A stretch of DNA of 64,000 nucleotides, from the NCBI GenBank assembly GCA_000004695.1, contig CM000153.2, positions 256,001 through 320,000 of the forward strand, read 5' to 3'. The notes beneath the pieces are model-generated. The model made no database searches. It saw only the letters and a program-made list of their open reading frames with translations, and was not told the origin of the DNA. The translations under genes were made by a program, and so were the position numbers. This DNA comes from Dictyostelium discoideum (Eukaryota). Shown piece by piece: positions 45,718-57,918 of this stretch. Position 1 is the stretch's first letter; every line of letters begins with the position of its first letter.

Positions 45718-46135
45718 ATGGCCAGTAAAAGTAAAAGTAGTAATAGTAATAGTTGTAGTAGTAATAGTAGTAGTTGTAATAATAATAATAGTAATAAAAA
45801 TATAAATGATTTTGAAGAAATTGAACAACTCTTTTTTAAGGGTAAATCATTTTGTTTAGATTTTCCAACATCATTAGGACCAACCAAGAAATCACAATAT
45901 ACTCAATTCATTAAAAAGAATGGGGGTAAAATTGATTTCTCAATTACTTCAAAAACCAATTACTACATTACACATCTTCCAAATATTGAATCACAATCAT
46001 CTAGAACAAAAAATGCTTTAAAATTAAATATTGGTATACTTTTAGATACTTTTATTTATAATTGTTTTGATAATAAACTTAATTCATTAGATTTTATTAA
46101 TTATCTTTATATTAATGGTATTGTAAGTTAATTAA

Positions 46136-46181
<46 letters not shown>

Positions 46182-46379
46182 TCACAACCACCACAATCAA
46201 CCACAAAACATATTTCCAAAATCTTCAAATTATAAAAATAAACTAATTCCAGTTCTCAATTTTTTTTTTAAAAAAAAAAGCCAGCAAATCAAACAATAAA
46301 TGAAAATATCATTGAAAATTCAATTTCTGAAACATACTTTGTTCTTAATAATATTTTATCAACATTCAAACAACAAACT

Positions 46380-46415
<36 letters not shown>

Positions 46416-47846
46416 TCATCAACATCATTAAATACTATTAATATTAATACTATTAATAATAATTGTAATTATGGCATTGATGACAAAGAAATCTATGAAG
46501 AAGAATATGAATCAAGTGAATTAAGTTATGGTTTAGATATGTTTGAAGAATCATCATCATCATCATCATCATCAATATTCTCACCAGTTTCATTAATTTC
46601 CACAACACAACCATCACCATCATCATTATTAACATTTACCTCATTAAATTCAAATTTAACAAGCAATTTATATGAATCAATTACAAATGATTTAAATAAA
46701 CCAAGTAAACCATTATCAAAATTTGAGTTATTACTCTTACAAAAGAAAGAGAATAATGAAAAAAAGAAATTGGAAATTCAAAAGATTGAAGAAGAAAAGA
46801 AAAGAATTAAAGATGAACAAATTGAAATAAAGAGAAAAGAAAGACAAGATAAATTAGACCAATCTCAAAAAGAAAAACAAATTAAAATTGAATCTGAAAA
46901 AGAAAGAAGAAAATTAGTTTTAGAGAAAACAAAATCAACTTTAACACATGATCAATTAATTAAATTAACAAAATCAAATATTACAATTACCAATACAAAT
47001 AATACAAATACAAATACAAATAACAATAAAAATAAAAATAATAAATTAAAATCAACATCATTTGGATTACAAATTGATCATGAAGGTATTAGAATTAAAA
47101 AGGAACAATTAAAATTAGAAAGATTAAAAAAAATTGAAATTGAAAAAGAAGAAAAGAAAAGAGAAAAAGATGAAAGAACAAGATTATTTCATGATAATAA
47201 AAATGAATTGGAAAGAATTGAAAATGAAGAGAAAATAAGAAAACAAAAAGAAAGTTTAGAATCATTTTTAAAAAGACAAGAAAAAAGATTAGCAAAAGAG
47301 AAAAAAGAACAAAAAGAAAAAGAAGATGGTATAATTGATTCAACTACTACCATAAAAGAATCAGAACCAGAAGTTGATGAAGATTTAAGAAAATTATTTG
47401 TTGGTGGTATTAATTGTGATGATATTACTGATAGTAAAATTGTTAAAGATTTAAAGAAATTGGAAAAAATTCGTGATAAAAGAATTCAATCATTATTAAA
47501 ACTTTTTGATAAATTTGGTAAAGTTCAAAAACGTACTATTAATTCATCAAAAGGTTTATTCTTTATCACTTATGTCGATATTGAAAGTTGTACAAAAGCA
47601 ATTCAATTTTATTCAATTAAAGAAAATAGAAAAGCAGCAATTGACGAAATCTCAAAATTACCAAAAAAATCACCACTTTATAATCCAAATAAAAAATTCT
47701 ATGTTAAAATTGTAAAATCAAATGAAAAAGCTAAAAAGAAACAAATTTTTGATAAACAAAAAATTGAAAATCTTAAAGCCACTGCTAAAAATGAATTACA
47801 AAAAGAACAAGATGCTGAATTTGATGATTGGGAAATTGCAAAATAA
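45718..47846 (+). CDS. BRCT-domain protein with a long K/E-rich coiled-coil and a C-terminal RRM-like segment; join(45718..46122,46281..47846)
   Basis: N-terminal BRCT-like block (FFKGKSFCLDFPTSLGPTKKSQYTQFIKKNGGKIDFSITSKTNYYITH). Intron 46123-46280 (GTAAGT...AAAAG). The downstream exon is in frame, charged coiled-coil, then LFVGGINCDDITDSKIVKDLKKLEKIRDKRIQSLLKLFDKFGKVQKRTINSSKGLFFITYV. Confidence 0.6.
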
Positions 47847-47937
47847 AAAAAAAAAAAAAAAAAAAGAAATAAATATTATTTTTTTAATTATTAATTATTA
47901 TTTTTTTATTATTTTTTTATTATTTTTTTTTATTTTT

Positions 47938-48342
47938 TTAAAAAACAAATTTTTCTTTTTCATTTATTTTAATAATATCTTCTTCATCATATTGTTTACA
48001 AAATTTTTCTAAATAAACTGATCTTGGTGAAACTTCTTGTTTTTTTGGATAAATTCCAATAATGTATGCTTTATTTGTTTTAATTAAAATACAACCATGT
48101 TTTTCGTTTTGTGCATATACTTTATTATTATCGATATTATAAATTAAAAATTCTTCACCAATTATTTTTATAATTTTCCATTTTTTAATATTTTTAAAAC
48201 CTTTTATAATTGCATCACTTTCTCCAATTTGTGGTGATTTATTATATGCTATTGAACTACCATCATATCCTATTACAAATGATGCATAAAATAAATTATT
48301 TTCTAAAAATTCTCTATAAAATTTATCTTTTCTTTCAATCAT
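47938..48342 (-). CDS. Divergent profilin-like protein, 134 aa, single exon
   Basis: Profilin-fold spacing: IGYDGSSIA...GCILIKTNKAYIIGIY...LEKFCKQY parallels GHDGSVWA...GGITIKKT.QALVVGIYDEP...LGDYL. The N-terminus is not the canonical MSWQ. Confidence 0.45.
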   Translation of the reverse strand: MIERKDKFYREFLENNLFYASFVIGYDGSSIAYNKSPQIGESDAIIKGFKNIKKWKIIKIIGEEFLIYNIDNNKVYAQNEKHGCILIKTNKAYIIGIYPKKQEVSPRSVYLEKFCKQYDEEDIIKINEKEKFVF

Positions 48343-48997
48343 TTTTTTTTTTTTTGTTTTTTAATTTTTAAAGAAATTTTTCTATTTTTATTATTACTAC
48401 TATTATTGTTATAGTTATTTTCGAAATAATAATAATAATATTTAAAAAATAGAAATAAAATTAAAAACAGGGAAAAAAAAAAAAAAAAAAAAATATTTGA
48501 ATGTGTTAATTTAATTTGAAAGTATGATTTTGTTATTAATATTTTAAAAAATTATTATGAAGCAATAAAAATATGTTTTCTTAATTGTAAAATTATATAA
48601 AGTTAAATTTATACATACTGAAAGTTTTTTATAAATGAATAAATAAAAAAAAAATATTTTTTTTTTTCTTTTTTTTTTCTTTTTTTTTTTTTCTTTTTTT
48701 TTAAGTTATTACTAATTTTATAAATAAATAATCAATTTAAAAAAATCTATAAAATGAAAAATTAAAAAATAAATTGATTAAATGAAAAAAAAAAAAATAA
48801 AAAAAATATTTTGTTAGTTGGAAATAATTAAAAAAATAATAATTATGTACAATAATTAAATACCTGATTGTAAATTTAGTTGTAGTAATAGTAATAGTAA
48901 TAGCTATACAAACCCTCTAGATTTAAATTATACTGTAATTAATATTTTTTTTTTTTTTTTTTTTTTTGAATTAATGATGTATTATGATGAAATAAAA

Positions 48998-49035
<38 letters not shown>

Positions 49036-49327
49036 TTTTATTTTTTTATTTTTTTATTTTTTTTTTATTTATTTTTTTTATTTTTTAATACATACATACA
49101 CATATGTAGGGGTAAAATATAATTTAAATTTACCATTTGTGTTTATTATATAATTTTTTTTTTTTTTTTTTTTGATTATTGGGTGTTCGATAATGGGGTT
49201 GGAAAAAAAAAATTAAAGTTCCCACAGTTTTTCTCAATACCAACTTAAGAAAATAATTAAATTAAATTTTTTTTTTTTAATTTAATTTAATTATACCTCT
49301 TAAAGGTAATCCATACAGACTAAATTA

Positions 49328-49395
<68 letters not shown>

Positions 49396-49706
49396 TTATA
49401 ATTTTATAATTATTTAAGGAAAAAATAAACCTACTCATAATCTCAATATTAAAGATTTATTAAATTTTTTTATTAAATATCACATACACTATGGGTTTAC
49501 CAGTTTTTTTTTATTCGAATAAAAAAAAAAAACCGTACACATACACAAATTCAAATTATTTTAATTTAAAACAAAAAATGAAAATGGGAAAAAAAAAAAA
49601 AATAACAAATTAAAATAAAATAATAAAAACAAATATTCGTTCACACTAACAACAACAATAAAAACAATAACAATCAACAATAAAATCAAAAATAACAATA
49701 ACAGCT

Positions 49707-49744
<38 letters not shown>

Positions 49745-49803
49745 ATTATTTATTTTTTTTTATGTGTGAGTTAGATTTATTTTATTAAATATTAATATTT
49801 GAT

Positions 49804-49836
<33 letters not shown>

Positions 49837-50100
49837 GGATGATACCATGATACATCACCTACACTTCAAAATAATGACAATTCTCTATCTATAATGTATA
49901 AACCAAAATAATTATCAACAAGTTTATTATAATAATAATAATAATAAAATTATTATAATTATATTGTTGAAAATAAACTATTTATTATAAAATAATATAT
50001 ATATTTATATATATATATTTTTTTTTTCATCTTTTTATTTTATTTATTTATTTTTATTTTTAATATTAAACTTACAACAAATATTATTTGATTATTTGAT

Positions 50101-50134
<34 letters not shown>

Positions 50135-50163
50135 CTTTTCTTTTCCTTTTTAATTAATAATGA

Positions 50164-50562
50164 TTAAACAAGATCCATAACATGACCAACTATAATTTTC
50201 TTTATTACTTTAAATACAAATTCAATATTTTCAGTATCTACAGCTATTGTGAAATGAGTATAAATTTTCTTATTTGGATCAATTTTAACAGATTCAAATT
50301 TTCTTTGAATGTGAAGTGAAACTGCTTCAAAACTATTTTCACCAGTATATTTTTTATCATAAGTTTTGAATGGTACTCTTTTTAATTTTTCAATAAACAT
50401 ATCTTTTTTATTCAAAAAGAGAATAATTGAACTTGAATCAAACCATTTACTATTACAAATTTCTTTAAATAAACTTAATGATTCATCCATTTTATTTACA
50501 TTTATATCTTCTCTTAATGCTTGATCATATCTATATAAAAACTAATATTAGTTTTTTTTTTT

Positions 50563-50611
<49 letters not shown>

Positions 50612-51384
50612 ACTCACTTAAACCAGCAACATAAATTACAGCAGAAACTTTATCAAAACAATGAATCCATTTTCTTCTTTGTGATCTTTGACCACCAACA
50701 TCGATAATTTTCATATTTATATTATCAAAAGTAACATCTGCTTCAATGATACCTTTTGTAGTAACTCTTGCTCTTAATGCATCTTGTGGTGTTGGAATGT
50801 AATTATCTTGGGTAACACGTTGTAAATTATTAAAGAAATATTCTGCTGAATCATTTAATTGAAATTCTTTATCTCTCTTTTCAAATGTACTCTTTATACC
50901 TGAATCATTCCATAATCTTACACTATTCTCTCCAATTTCTTTTGTCCATGTAACTGATGAATGATTTAATTCTAAATAATCTTTTGAAAGTTGCTAAATA
51001 AATAAAATAAATAAATAAAATTATTATTATTATTATTATTATTTTGTGGAAAAAAAAAATATGTATATATATATATTAAATATTTACTATATTTTCAGGT
51101 TGTAATTGAATACCAATACTTTCAGCAGCATTAATTAAAACTTGCAATTGAGTTATTATATTTATATAAATTGTATTACTAAATTCTTGTAACTCTTTTG
51201 TTGTCCAAAGACCATTTTCTTGTAAAATTTTTAATTGTTTGAAAATTGTTGATTTACCAGACTCACCTGCTCCAAGTAATAGTACTTGTGTAATACCTAA
51301 AAATGTCCTTTTATCATCTTTGATTGATTTTTCAATCTCCATTGATACTTTTGTATTATCATTTGATTTACATAAAAATGCCAT
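50164..51384 (-). CDS. Heterotrimeric G protein alpha subunit; join(51384..51088,50993..50614,50530..50164)
   Basis: P-loop GAGESGKST. Switch regions RVTTKGIIEADVTF and DVGGQRSQRRKW. NKKD and TIAVDTENIEFVF motifs. GTAAAT and GTAAGT donors, TTTAG and TATAG acceptors, phases consistent. Confidence 0.85.
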
Positions 51385-51948
51385 TTTTTTAAAAAAAAAA
51401 AAATCAATAATTAAATATAAAAATAAATATTTATTATTATTATTATCACAAGCTTTTTTTTTTTTTTTTTTTTTGAATTGGAACTATTATTATCACTGGC
51501 AATATCTTTTTTGATTTTTGATTTTTGAATTTTTTTTTTTTTTTTTTTTTTTGAAAAAAAAAAAAAAATTTGATGGTTTTGGGGTGGCTTAAAAAGTGAG
51601 AAAATTTGTGAGTTTTTATTGTGAAGTTATGTTTTTTTTTTTTTTAGAATAAATATGAATAATAATTATAATTTTATTGAGGCGTTGTGTTTAAATAATG
51701 ATGATGATGATGATAGTGTTGAGTGTGATTAATTAATTTTTTTTTTCTCATTATTTTTTTTATAATTTTTTTTTTAAATTTTTTTTTTTTTTCCCCAAAA
51801 ACTATAAAAAAAAATTAAAAAAAATTAAAATTAAATAAAATTAAATAAAATTAAGAGAATTTTATAAATATCTTTTTCTTTTTTTTAATTTTTTTAATTT
51901 TTTTTATTTTTTTTTTTTTTATTTTTAATTTTTCCAATCACCCAAAAA

Positions 51949-51997
<49 letters not shown>

Positions 51998-52199
51998 TTA
52001 ATAACCAATATAATTTGATGTTTAAAATTTTTGATCATGAAGTTTGCGAATTTGGATATTATTGTTTTGTTTAAAGATGGATTTTTATTGGATAATTATT
52101 ATTACCACACTTTGAATTTTTTAAAATTAAACACCAATTATAAAAAAAAGAATATTTTATTCTAAAAAAAAAAAAAATATTAAAAAAAAAAAAAAAAAT

Positions 52200-52700
52200 A
52201 TGTTTGGTGTTTTATTTGTTTCTTCAATTAAATCTAGTTCAGGTTTGGTTTACAAAATGATATTAGTGTACAAATTTAAAAGTTAATTTAATTGTTGATA
52301 GTTCTAATAAAAACAATTCATATTCAATTGAATATGTTGTGGATAGTTCATGTACTAATATGATTAATGCAGTAAATTATTTTAATAGTTATTTAGATCA
52401 CCGGAAAAAGCAATTTATAATTGTATTTGGAATATGTTGATGTTTATGAATATTTATTTCTCCATACACAAAATCCCAAGGAGTAATTATTGATGGATTA
52501 ACCCATATGGAAATTTCTTTGACTATGGTAGTTGTTAAAGGTGTAGACCCACTTCCAACAATAAATACATAATTACAAGTATCAAATATTACTTTTGTAA
52601 ACTTTGTCAGATTATCACTTCTTTTATTATTTGAGAAAAAGGTTAATTATAAGAATTCCTGCGTAATTTTAATTAATTGTAATAAAATCTAAATTCGTCA
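52200..52700 (+). pseudogene. Degenerate partial copy (5' region) of the 55593 surface-protein gene
   Basis: DNA-level similarity to 55610-56000 (TGTTTTATTTGTTTCT.C.ATTAAATC.AGTTCA...TTAATTTAATTGTTGAT...CAATTCATATTCAA.TGAATGTG...). Multiple stops and frameshifts. Encodes residual MFGVLFVSSIKSSS... and ...ISLTMVVVKGVDPLPTINT. Confidence 0.5.
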
Positions 52701-53163
52701 TTTATTGAATCAAGAGATGTTCAACTCCTGGATATTTTTTAAAATTTTCTAATAGCACTATCCAAATTTAAAAAATTCGATTCCCTTACAAGAAAATAAA
52801 AAAACCATTTGAGATTTTTCACTTGTTTTTCAAATTTATGGCTTAAATTTTTTATAATTGTTTTTTTTTTTTTTTTCACATTTTAACAAGTGTGTATTAT
52901 TATTAAAAGATTGGAAATCTTGATTTTTACCAATCACTGGTGATGATGCTGCATTAACACTATCAAATCTAATACAATGTTATTGAATTTGATTTTGAAA
53001 AATTTGCTAAAATCTGACCTCTCTACCACCTAAACTATTACTAATATCCACTATTTTCTTATACACAACCAATACTATTTCCATTAACAGAATTTAAACT
53101 TGATAAACTTATTGAATTGGTTGTTGGTGCTACTATTGCTGTTGTTGATGTTGATGTTGGTGG

Positions 53164-53201
<38 letters not shown>

Positions 53202-53437
53202 CTTGTGCTTCTGTTACTATATTCACCTAACTTTGTTAATTCAGTTAATTCATCGCTATCTCCCATTCCAAAATTATCTTTGATTTCTTCAAGTAACTCT
53301 GTTGCAGTTACATTAGTTTCTAACTATATCTGCTTTTGTTAAATTATTACCATGAACTAATAAGAGTAAATGTTTGAATTTACTAAATGATAAACCTTTC
53401 CCATCAGCAGAGAAAATTATATTTTCAATAATAATCC

Positions 53438-53469
<32 letters not shown>

Positions 53470-53689
53470 TATATTTATTTGATTGAATAATACTATTATA
53501 AATTTGATAACTTTATATTTAAAATATTTTATATTTTATAATGAGTTGATAAAATTATTATTATTATTATTTAAATGTGCGTCAACTATAAAGTGTTTTA
53601 ATTCACTTATTTAATATTCACTTATTTGTGACTAACTTCCTTACATTAAAAAATTAAATGGAAAAAAAAAAAAAAAAAAAATATAAAAT

Positions 53690-53984
53690 ATAAAAATAAA
53701 ATAGTCTTTTCAATAGTTGTGGGGAATTTTTTTTGAAATTTGAAAGGACTAAATTTTTACTTTTTTTTTTTTTTAGTGAAATTAAATAAAATTCACTGCG
53801 CAGTGGAAAGAAATTTTATTGAAATTTCCCTGCAACAAATTTCCATATAAAATTCAGTGCTGGGAAAAATACTCAGAGTAACGCCAAAGTACTTTTGAAA
53901 TTTTTTAAAAAAAATTGAAAAAAATAAAAAAAGTACTGTAGTACTCTCATACTTTGAAGTACTTTATTACTTTTTCTCAATTTG

Positions 53985-54022
<38 letters not shown>

Positions 54023-55250
54023 ACATATATTTTATACTATTATTTATTTTATTATTATTATTTATTTTATTATTATTATTTTTTTAATTTTTTGTTTTTC
54101 ATTAAAAAAATAAGAATAGATGCGTACTTGTCAGTGGTTGAGCATTTATCTTTAGTTAAAATTCTACCAGCAGATGAAAATAATCTTTCGGATTCTACAG
54201 AGGAAAGAGGTAAAGACAAAAGAATGAATGCTATTCGTGATAAAATCGGATATTTACTATTGATTGTATTATTTGACCACCATTTAAAATTATTTGTAAA
54301 TTGACTAGCCACATGTTCATCGTAAACTTTATATAGTTCTTGAATTTCCTGGTGAGATACCAACCTCATTTATTTGAGAGTTTTCATTATCATTATCATT
54401 ATCTTTACTTGTTATATTATCTACTTTATCTATATTATCTATTTTATCATTATCTATATTATCATAATCTAAATTATCATTATCTAAATTATCATTATCT
54501 AAATTATCATTATCTAAATTATCATTAAATAAATTATCATTATCTAAATTATCATTATCTAAATTATCATTATCTATATTATTATTATCATTATCTATAT
54601 TATCATTATCTAAATTTCCAACTCTATCTACATTACTATGATTAACATCATCATTAAAGAATCTATCCACTTCTCTACTATTATTATAATTTTGTTCATC
54701 TTCATCATCTAACTTTCTTTTTTTTTTTTTTCTTTTTTCAGAAAGTGATTTTATTTGGTCCGTTGTAAATAATTTACTATTAAAATAATATCTTCTCTTA
54801 AAAATTTAATATTTGTAAAAGATGGTAAAGGTAAATTATTTAATTCATATAATTGTTCAATTCTAGCTTTTCCTAATTTTTCAATGCTAAAAATTTGAGG
54901 CCTACTCATTTTATAATAAATTTATATCTGTATATCTTTTTCAGTTAAAAAAAATAAAAAATAAAAAATAAAAAAAATAAAATAATAATTTTTTAAAAAT
55001 TAAAAGAACTGAAAAGAAAACTAAAAAGTAAATTACCGAAAGTACTTTTTAATTTTTGAAAATACTTTTTTTTTTTTTGGTGAAAGTCATGATTTCCTTT
55101 GCAAGAAAAAAAAAAAACAAAAAAAAAACAATTTTTTTGATTTTTTTTTTTTTTTTTTTGGTGAAAGTCATGATTTCCTTTGCAAGAAAAAAAAAAAAAA
55201 AAAAAAATATCAAATTTTGAAAAAAAAAAAAAAATTTTAAATTATGGCTT
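53690..55250 (-). mobile_element. Degenerate hAT-superfamily DNA transposon remnant (boundaries approximate)
   Basis: ORF 54369-54076 (minus strand) encodes a textbook hAT C-terminal dimerisation domain (WWSNNTINSKYPILSRIAFILLSLPLSSVESERLFSSAGRILTKDKCSTTDKYASILIFL). Upstream fragments are out of frame and interrupted by a (DNDNL)n-encoding repeat at 54400-54650. Both flanks carry AGTACT-core subterminal repeats (53885-53975 and 55035-55070) and local tandem duplications (55078-55196, 55278-55460). A CACTGCGCAGTG palindrome sits at 53795. Confidence 0.5.
54076..54369 (-). pseudogene. hAT transposase C-terminal (Dimer_Tnp_hAT) domain ORF fragment
   Basis: See the mobile element feature. The isolated ORF is 97 codons and the N-terminal transposase parts are missing or frameshifted. 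Confidence 0.6.
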
Positions 55251-55592
55251 GTTTCGGTATTTCTAAAAATTATTATCTGAAAGTGTGTTTGGATACCATT
55301 TTTTTTTCTTTGTTTTCCAAGATTATAGAAAAAAAAAATAAATTATTTTTTTAAAGACAATAAAATTTTAGAATAATTTGAAACGTGTTCTAAATGTCTG
55401 AAAGTGTGGTTGGTTATCCGATTTTTATTCTTTATTCTCCAAGATTATAGAAAAAAAATAAGAATTCTTTTTTTTTTAAAATCAAGAAAATTTTAATATA
55501 AATTAAAAAAAAAAAAAAAAAAAAACATCAAATCATTTTTCAACATCAAGAAAATTTTAGTATAAATTAAAAAAAAAAAAAATTAAAAAAAA

Positions 55593-57110
55593 ATGTTATC
55601 AAGAAAATTTAATATCATATTATTACTTTGTGTTTTATTTGTTTCTGCTATTAAATCAAGTTCAAATTTAGTTTCTAATCCAAATGCCAACCCTACAATT
55701 TTAAATTTAATTGTTGATTCTAACAAAACCAATTCATATTCAAGTGAATGTGGTAGTTCTTTTGAAGACTCATGTAACAATATTGTGGACGCTGTGAATT
55801 ATTTCCATGAATATAAGAGCAAACCAGAAAACTATAATTCTGCATTGGTTTTGAAATTAGCTGATGGAATATATTCTGGTAAAGTAAATTATATACATAG
55901 TGGATTGGGTTTACATATAACAATTTCAACATACACTTCAAACTCCAATGATGTCATTATTGATGGATCTGATCTCCAAAATGATTTGATTGATTTTGAT
56001 AGTAATTGTTTTAATCCACCTTCTTCAAAAACATATTTAAAAGTATCCAATGTTGCCTTTGTAAACTTTTTCAGCCTTAACTATGACATCTTACATTCAG
56101 ATACATATGGAAAGATGGAAACACAATATATTTTTGATAGATGTAAATTTTTAAATTCTACAAACTTGAGATTCACAGGATATGGGGAATCAAAAGAAGT
56201 AAATTCAATTAGTTTTGAAAAATCAATTTTTGAAAACGTTACTTTCAGAAAATATTCCTTTTTTGCCACAAATTACACAACATCTTTTACATTTACAAAA
56301 TTCAATTCAGTATCCTTTGACGATTCTTTTATTGTTGAAGAGATAGATTCAAAAAAAAAATTAATTGGTTGTTCTTTTAATCAAGTTTCTTTTGGCACTA
56401 AAACCCAAAAGTTATATTTTATCGAGGCAAAGGACCTATCAATTGAATCTTCAACTTTTAATCAAATTATAGGTCCAAAAAGTTCAACTCCTGCTTCTTT
56501 GTTAAAAATTTCAAATAACGTAAATATTACTTTAATTATGTTAAATTCTTTTAATAACTTTGATGGTGTTTTGGCAGAATCAAATAACTCTATGATTTTA
56601 TTCAGTTCAAACACATTTTCAAATAGTAATAGCAAACCAATCATCAAATCATTGAATTCAAATGTAATGTACCATTCCAATACTTTTAAATATTCCAGAA
56701 ATTTAAATGATGATCAATTAATTGATTGCACAGACTCATCAATTTCATTTACATCAAATAATGATGGTAGTGAGATTTTTGAAAAAAATCCACTTTGTAA
56801 AGATTGTTTTATATCTATTGGTTCTAAAACAGTTTGTTCTAAAAAAACAACAACAACATCCTCAACCTCTTCTTCAATTGCAACCACCGGTGAAACCACT
56901 TATACTTCTACCACTGGTGATGATGATGATCATCCAAATGGTTCAGTTGATGGTAAATCTGATTCATATCAATTTTTAGTTATTATTTTAATAATAATTT
57001 CTTATTTTTTTAATTTTACTTTATTTTATTTTATTTTATTTATTTTATTTTATTTTATTTATTTTATTTTAAAATATTATAAAAATGCCAATAATAATAC
57101 TATAGCTTGA
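55593..57110 (+). CDS. Secreted, probably membrane-anchored surface protein with parallel beta-helix-like repeats, 505 aa
   Basis: Signal peptide MLSRKFNIILLLCVLFVSA. N-glycosylation-rich body with repetitive N.T/S beta-strand patterning. The hydrophobic C-terminal tail could be a TM or GPI signal, or partly non-coding AT-rich read-through. Confidence 0.6.
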   Translation: MLSRKFNIILLLCVLFVSAIKSSSNLVSNPNANPTILNLIVDSNKTNSYSSECGSSFEDSCNNIVDAVNYFHEYKSKPENYNSALVLKLADGIYSGKVNYIHSGLGLHITISTYTSNSNDVIIDGSDLQNDLIDFDSNCFNPPSSKTYLKVSNVAFVNFFSLNYDILHSDTYGKMETQYIFDRCKFLNSTNLRFTGYGESKEVNSISFEKSIFENVTFRKYSFFATNYTTSFTFTKFNSVSFDDSFIVEEIDSKKKLIGCSFNQVSFGTKTQKLYFIEAKDLSIESSTFNQIIGPKSSTPASLLKISNNVNITLIMLNSFNNFDGVLAESNNSMILFSSNTFSNSNSKPIIKSLNSNVMYHSNTFKYSRNLNDDQLIDCTDSSISFTSNNDGSEIFEKNPLCKDCFISIGSKTVCSKKTTTTSSTSSSIATTGETTYTSTTGDDDDHPNGSVDGKSDSYQFLVIILIIISYFFNFTLFYFILFILFYFIYFILKYYKNANNNTIA

Positions 57111-57714
57111 AATTAATTTTGATGATGTTGAAGAATCGGGGAACGATTCGTAGCAAGATAAATATTGATAGTTTTTAGCTTTTGAAAGTAAATCATTCTT
57201 ACAATCAATTGAACCATAGGATTCAGTACTTCCAATTCCGGTACAATCTTTAGAAGTGTAGGTTGAAATAGTGTAATTTTGGAAAGGATCATAATTGATT
57301 TTAATATTTGTACCACATACTGATGAACATAAACCAATTGTAACATTTTTATCATCGACACAAGAACCTTTAACAAATTTGAAAGAATAATATTTTGGAT
57401 TCAATGTTGAACAAGTAACTTTCCCATCTGATCCAAGACTATTAATTTCATTATTGCAACCAAATGAAATAATAAAAGGAGTGTTTGTGTTTTGATAGTA
57501 ACCAATGGTTTCGTAATCATAATCTGTATAGAAAGAAATTTTTTTATTTTTTCCATCATTCTGGATCCGGATCTTTGCATATTTATTACAAAATCTACCA
57601 CATTCACTCGAGTTTAATGTATTATCTTCACAACCATTTGCTTGTAATTTAAATACTTCTTGATGTGATGATACAATTAAAAATATATCAAATAAAAATA
57701 AAAATAAATTTCAT
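57069..57714 (-). CDS. Cys-rich secreted protein whose start is disrupted by a frameshift or sequence error
   Basis: The ATG at 57714 gives MKFIFIFI then TGA. The -1 frame is open for 213 codons to 57069 but has no ATG for its first 102 codons (LFLFLFDIFLIVSSHQEVFKLQANGCEDNTLNSSECGRFCNKY...). Its 3' end is convergent with, and overlaps, the 55593 gene by about 40 nt. Confidence 0.4.
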
Positions 57715-57918
57715 GGTTATGATGATGATTGTTTGAAAAAAACGAAATTGTTTAAAAAAAAAAAATTAATTTAAATTAGAAAGCAAGATTTTTTTTTTTT
57801 TTCTAGGAAAAGTTCGCCAAAAAAAAAAAGATTTTTTTTAAATTGATTCTATTTTTTCCCACCATTCCTAAACTATGATTTTTTTTTTTCTTTCAAAGTT
57901 TTTTCTTTATTAACTACA

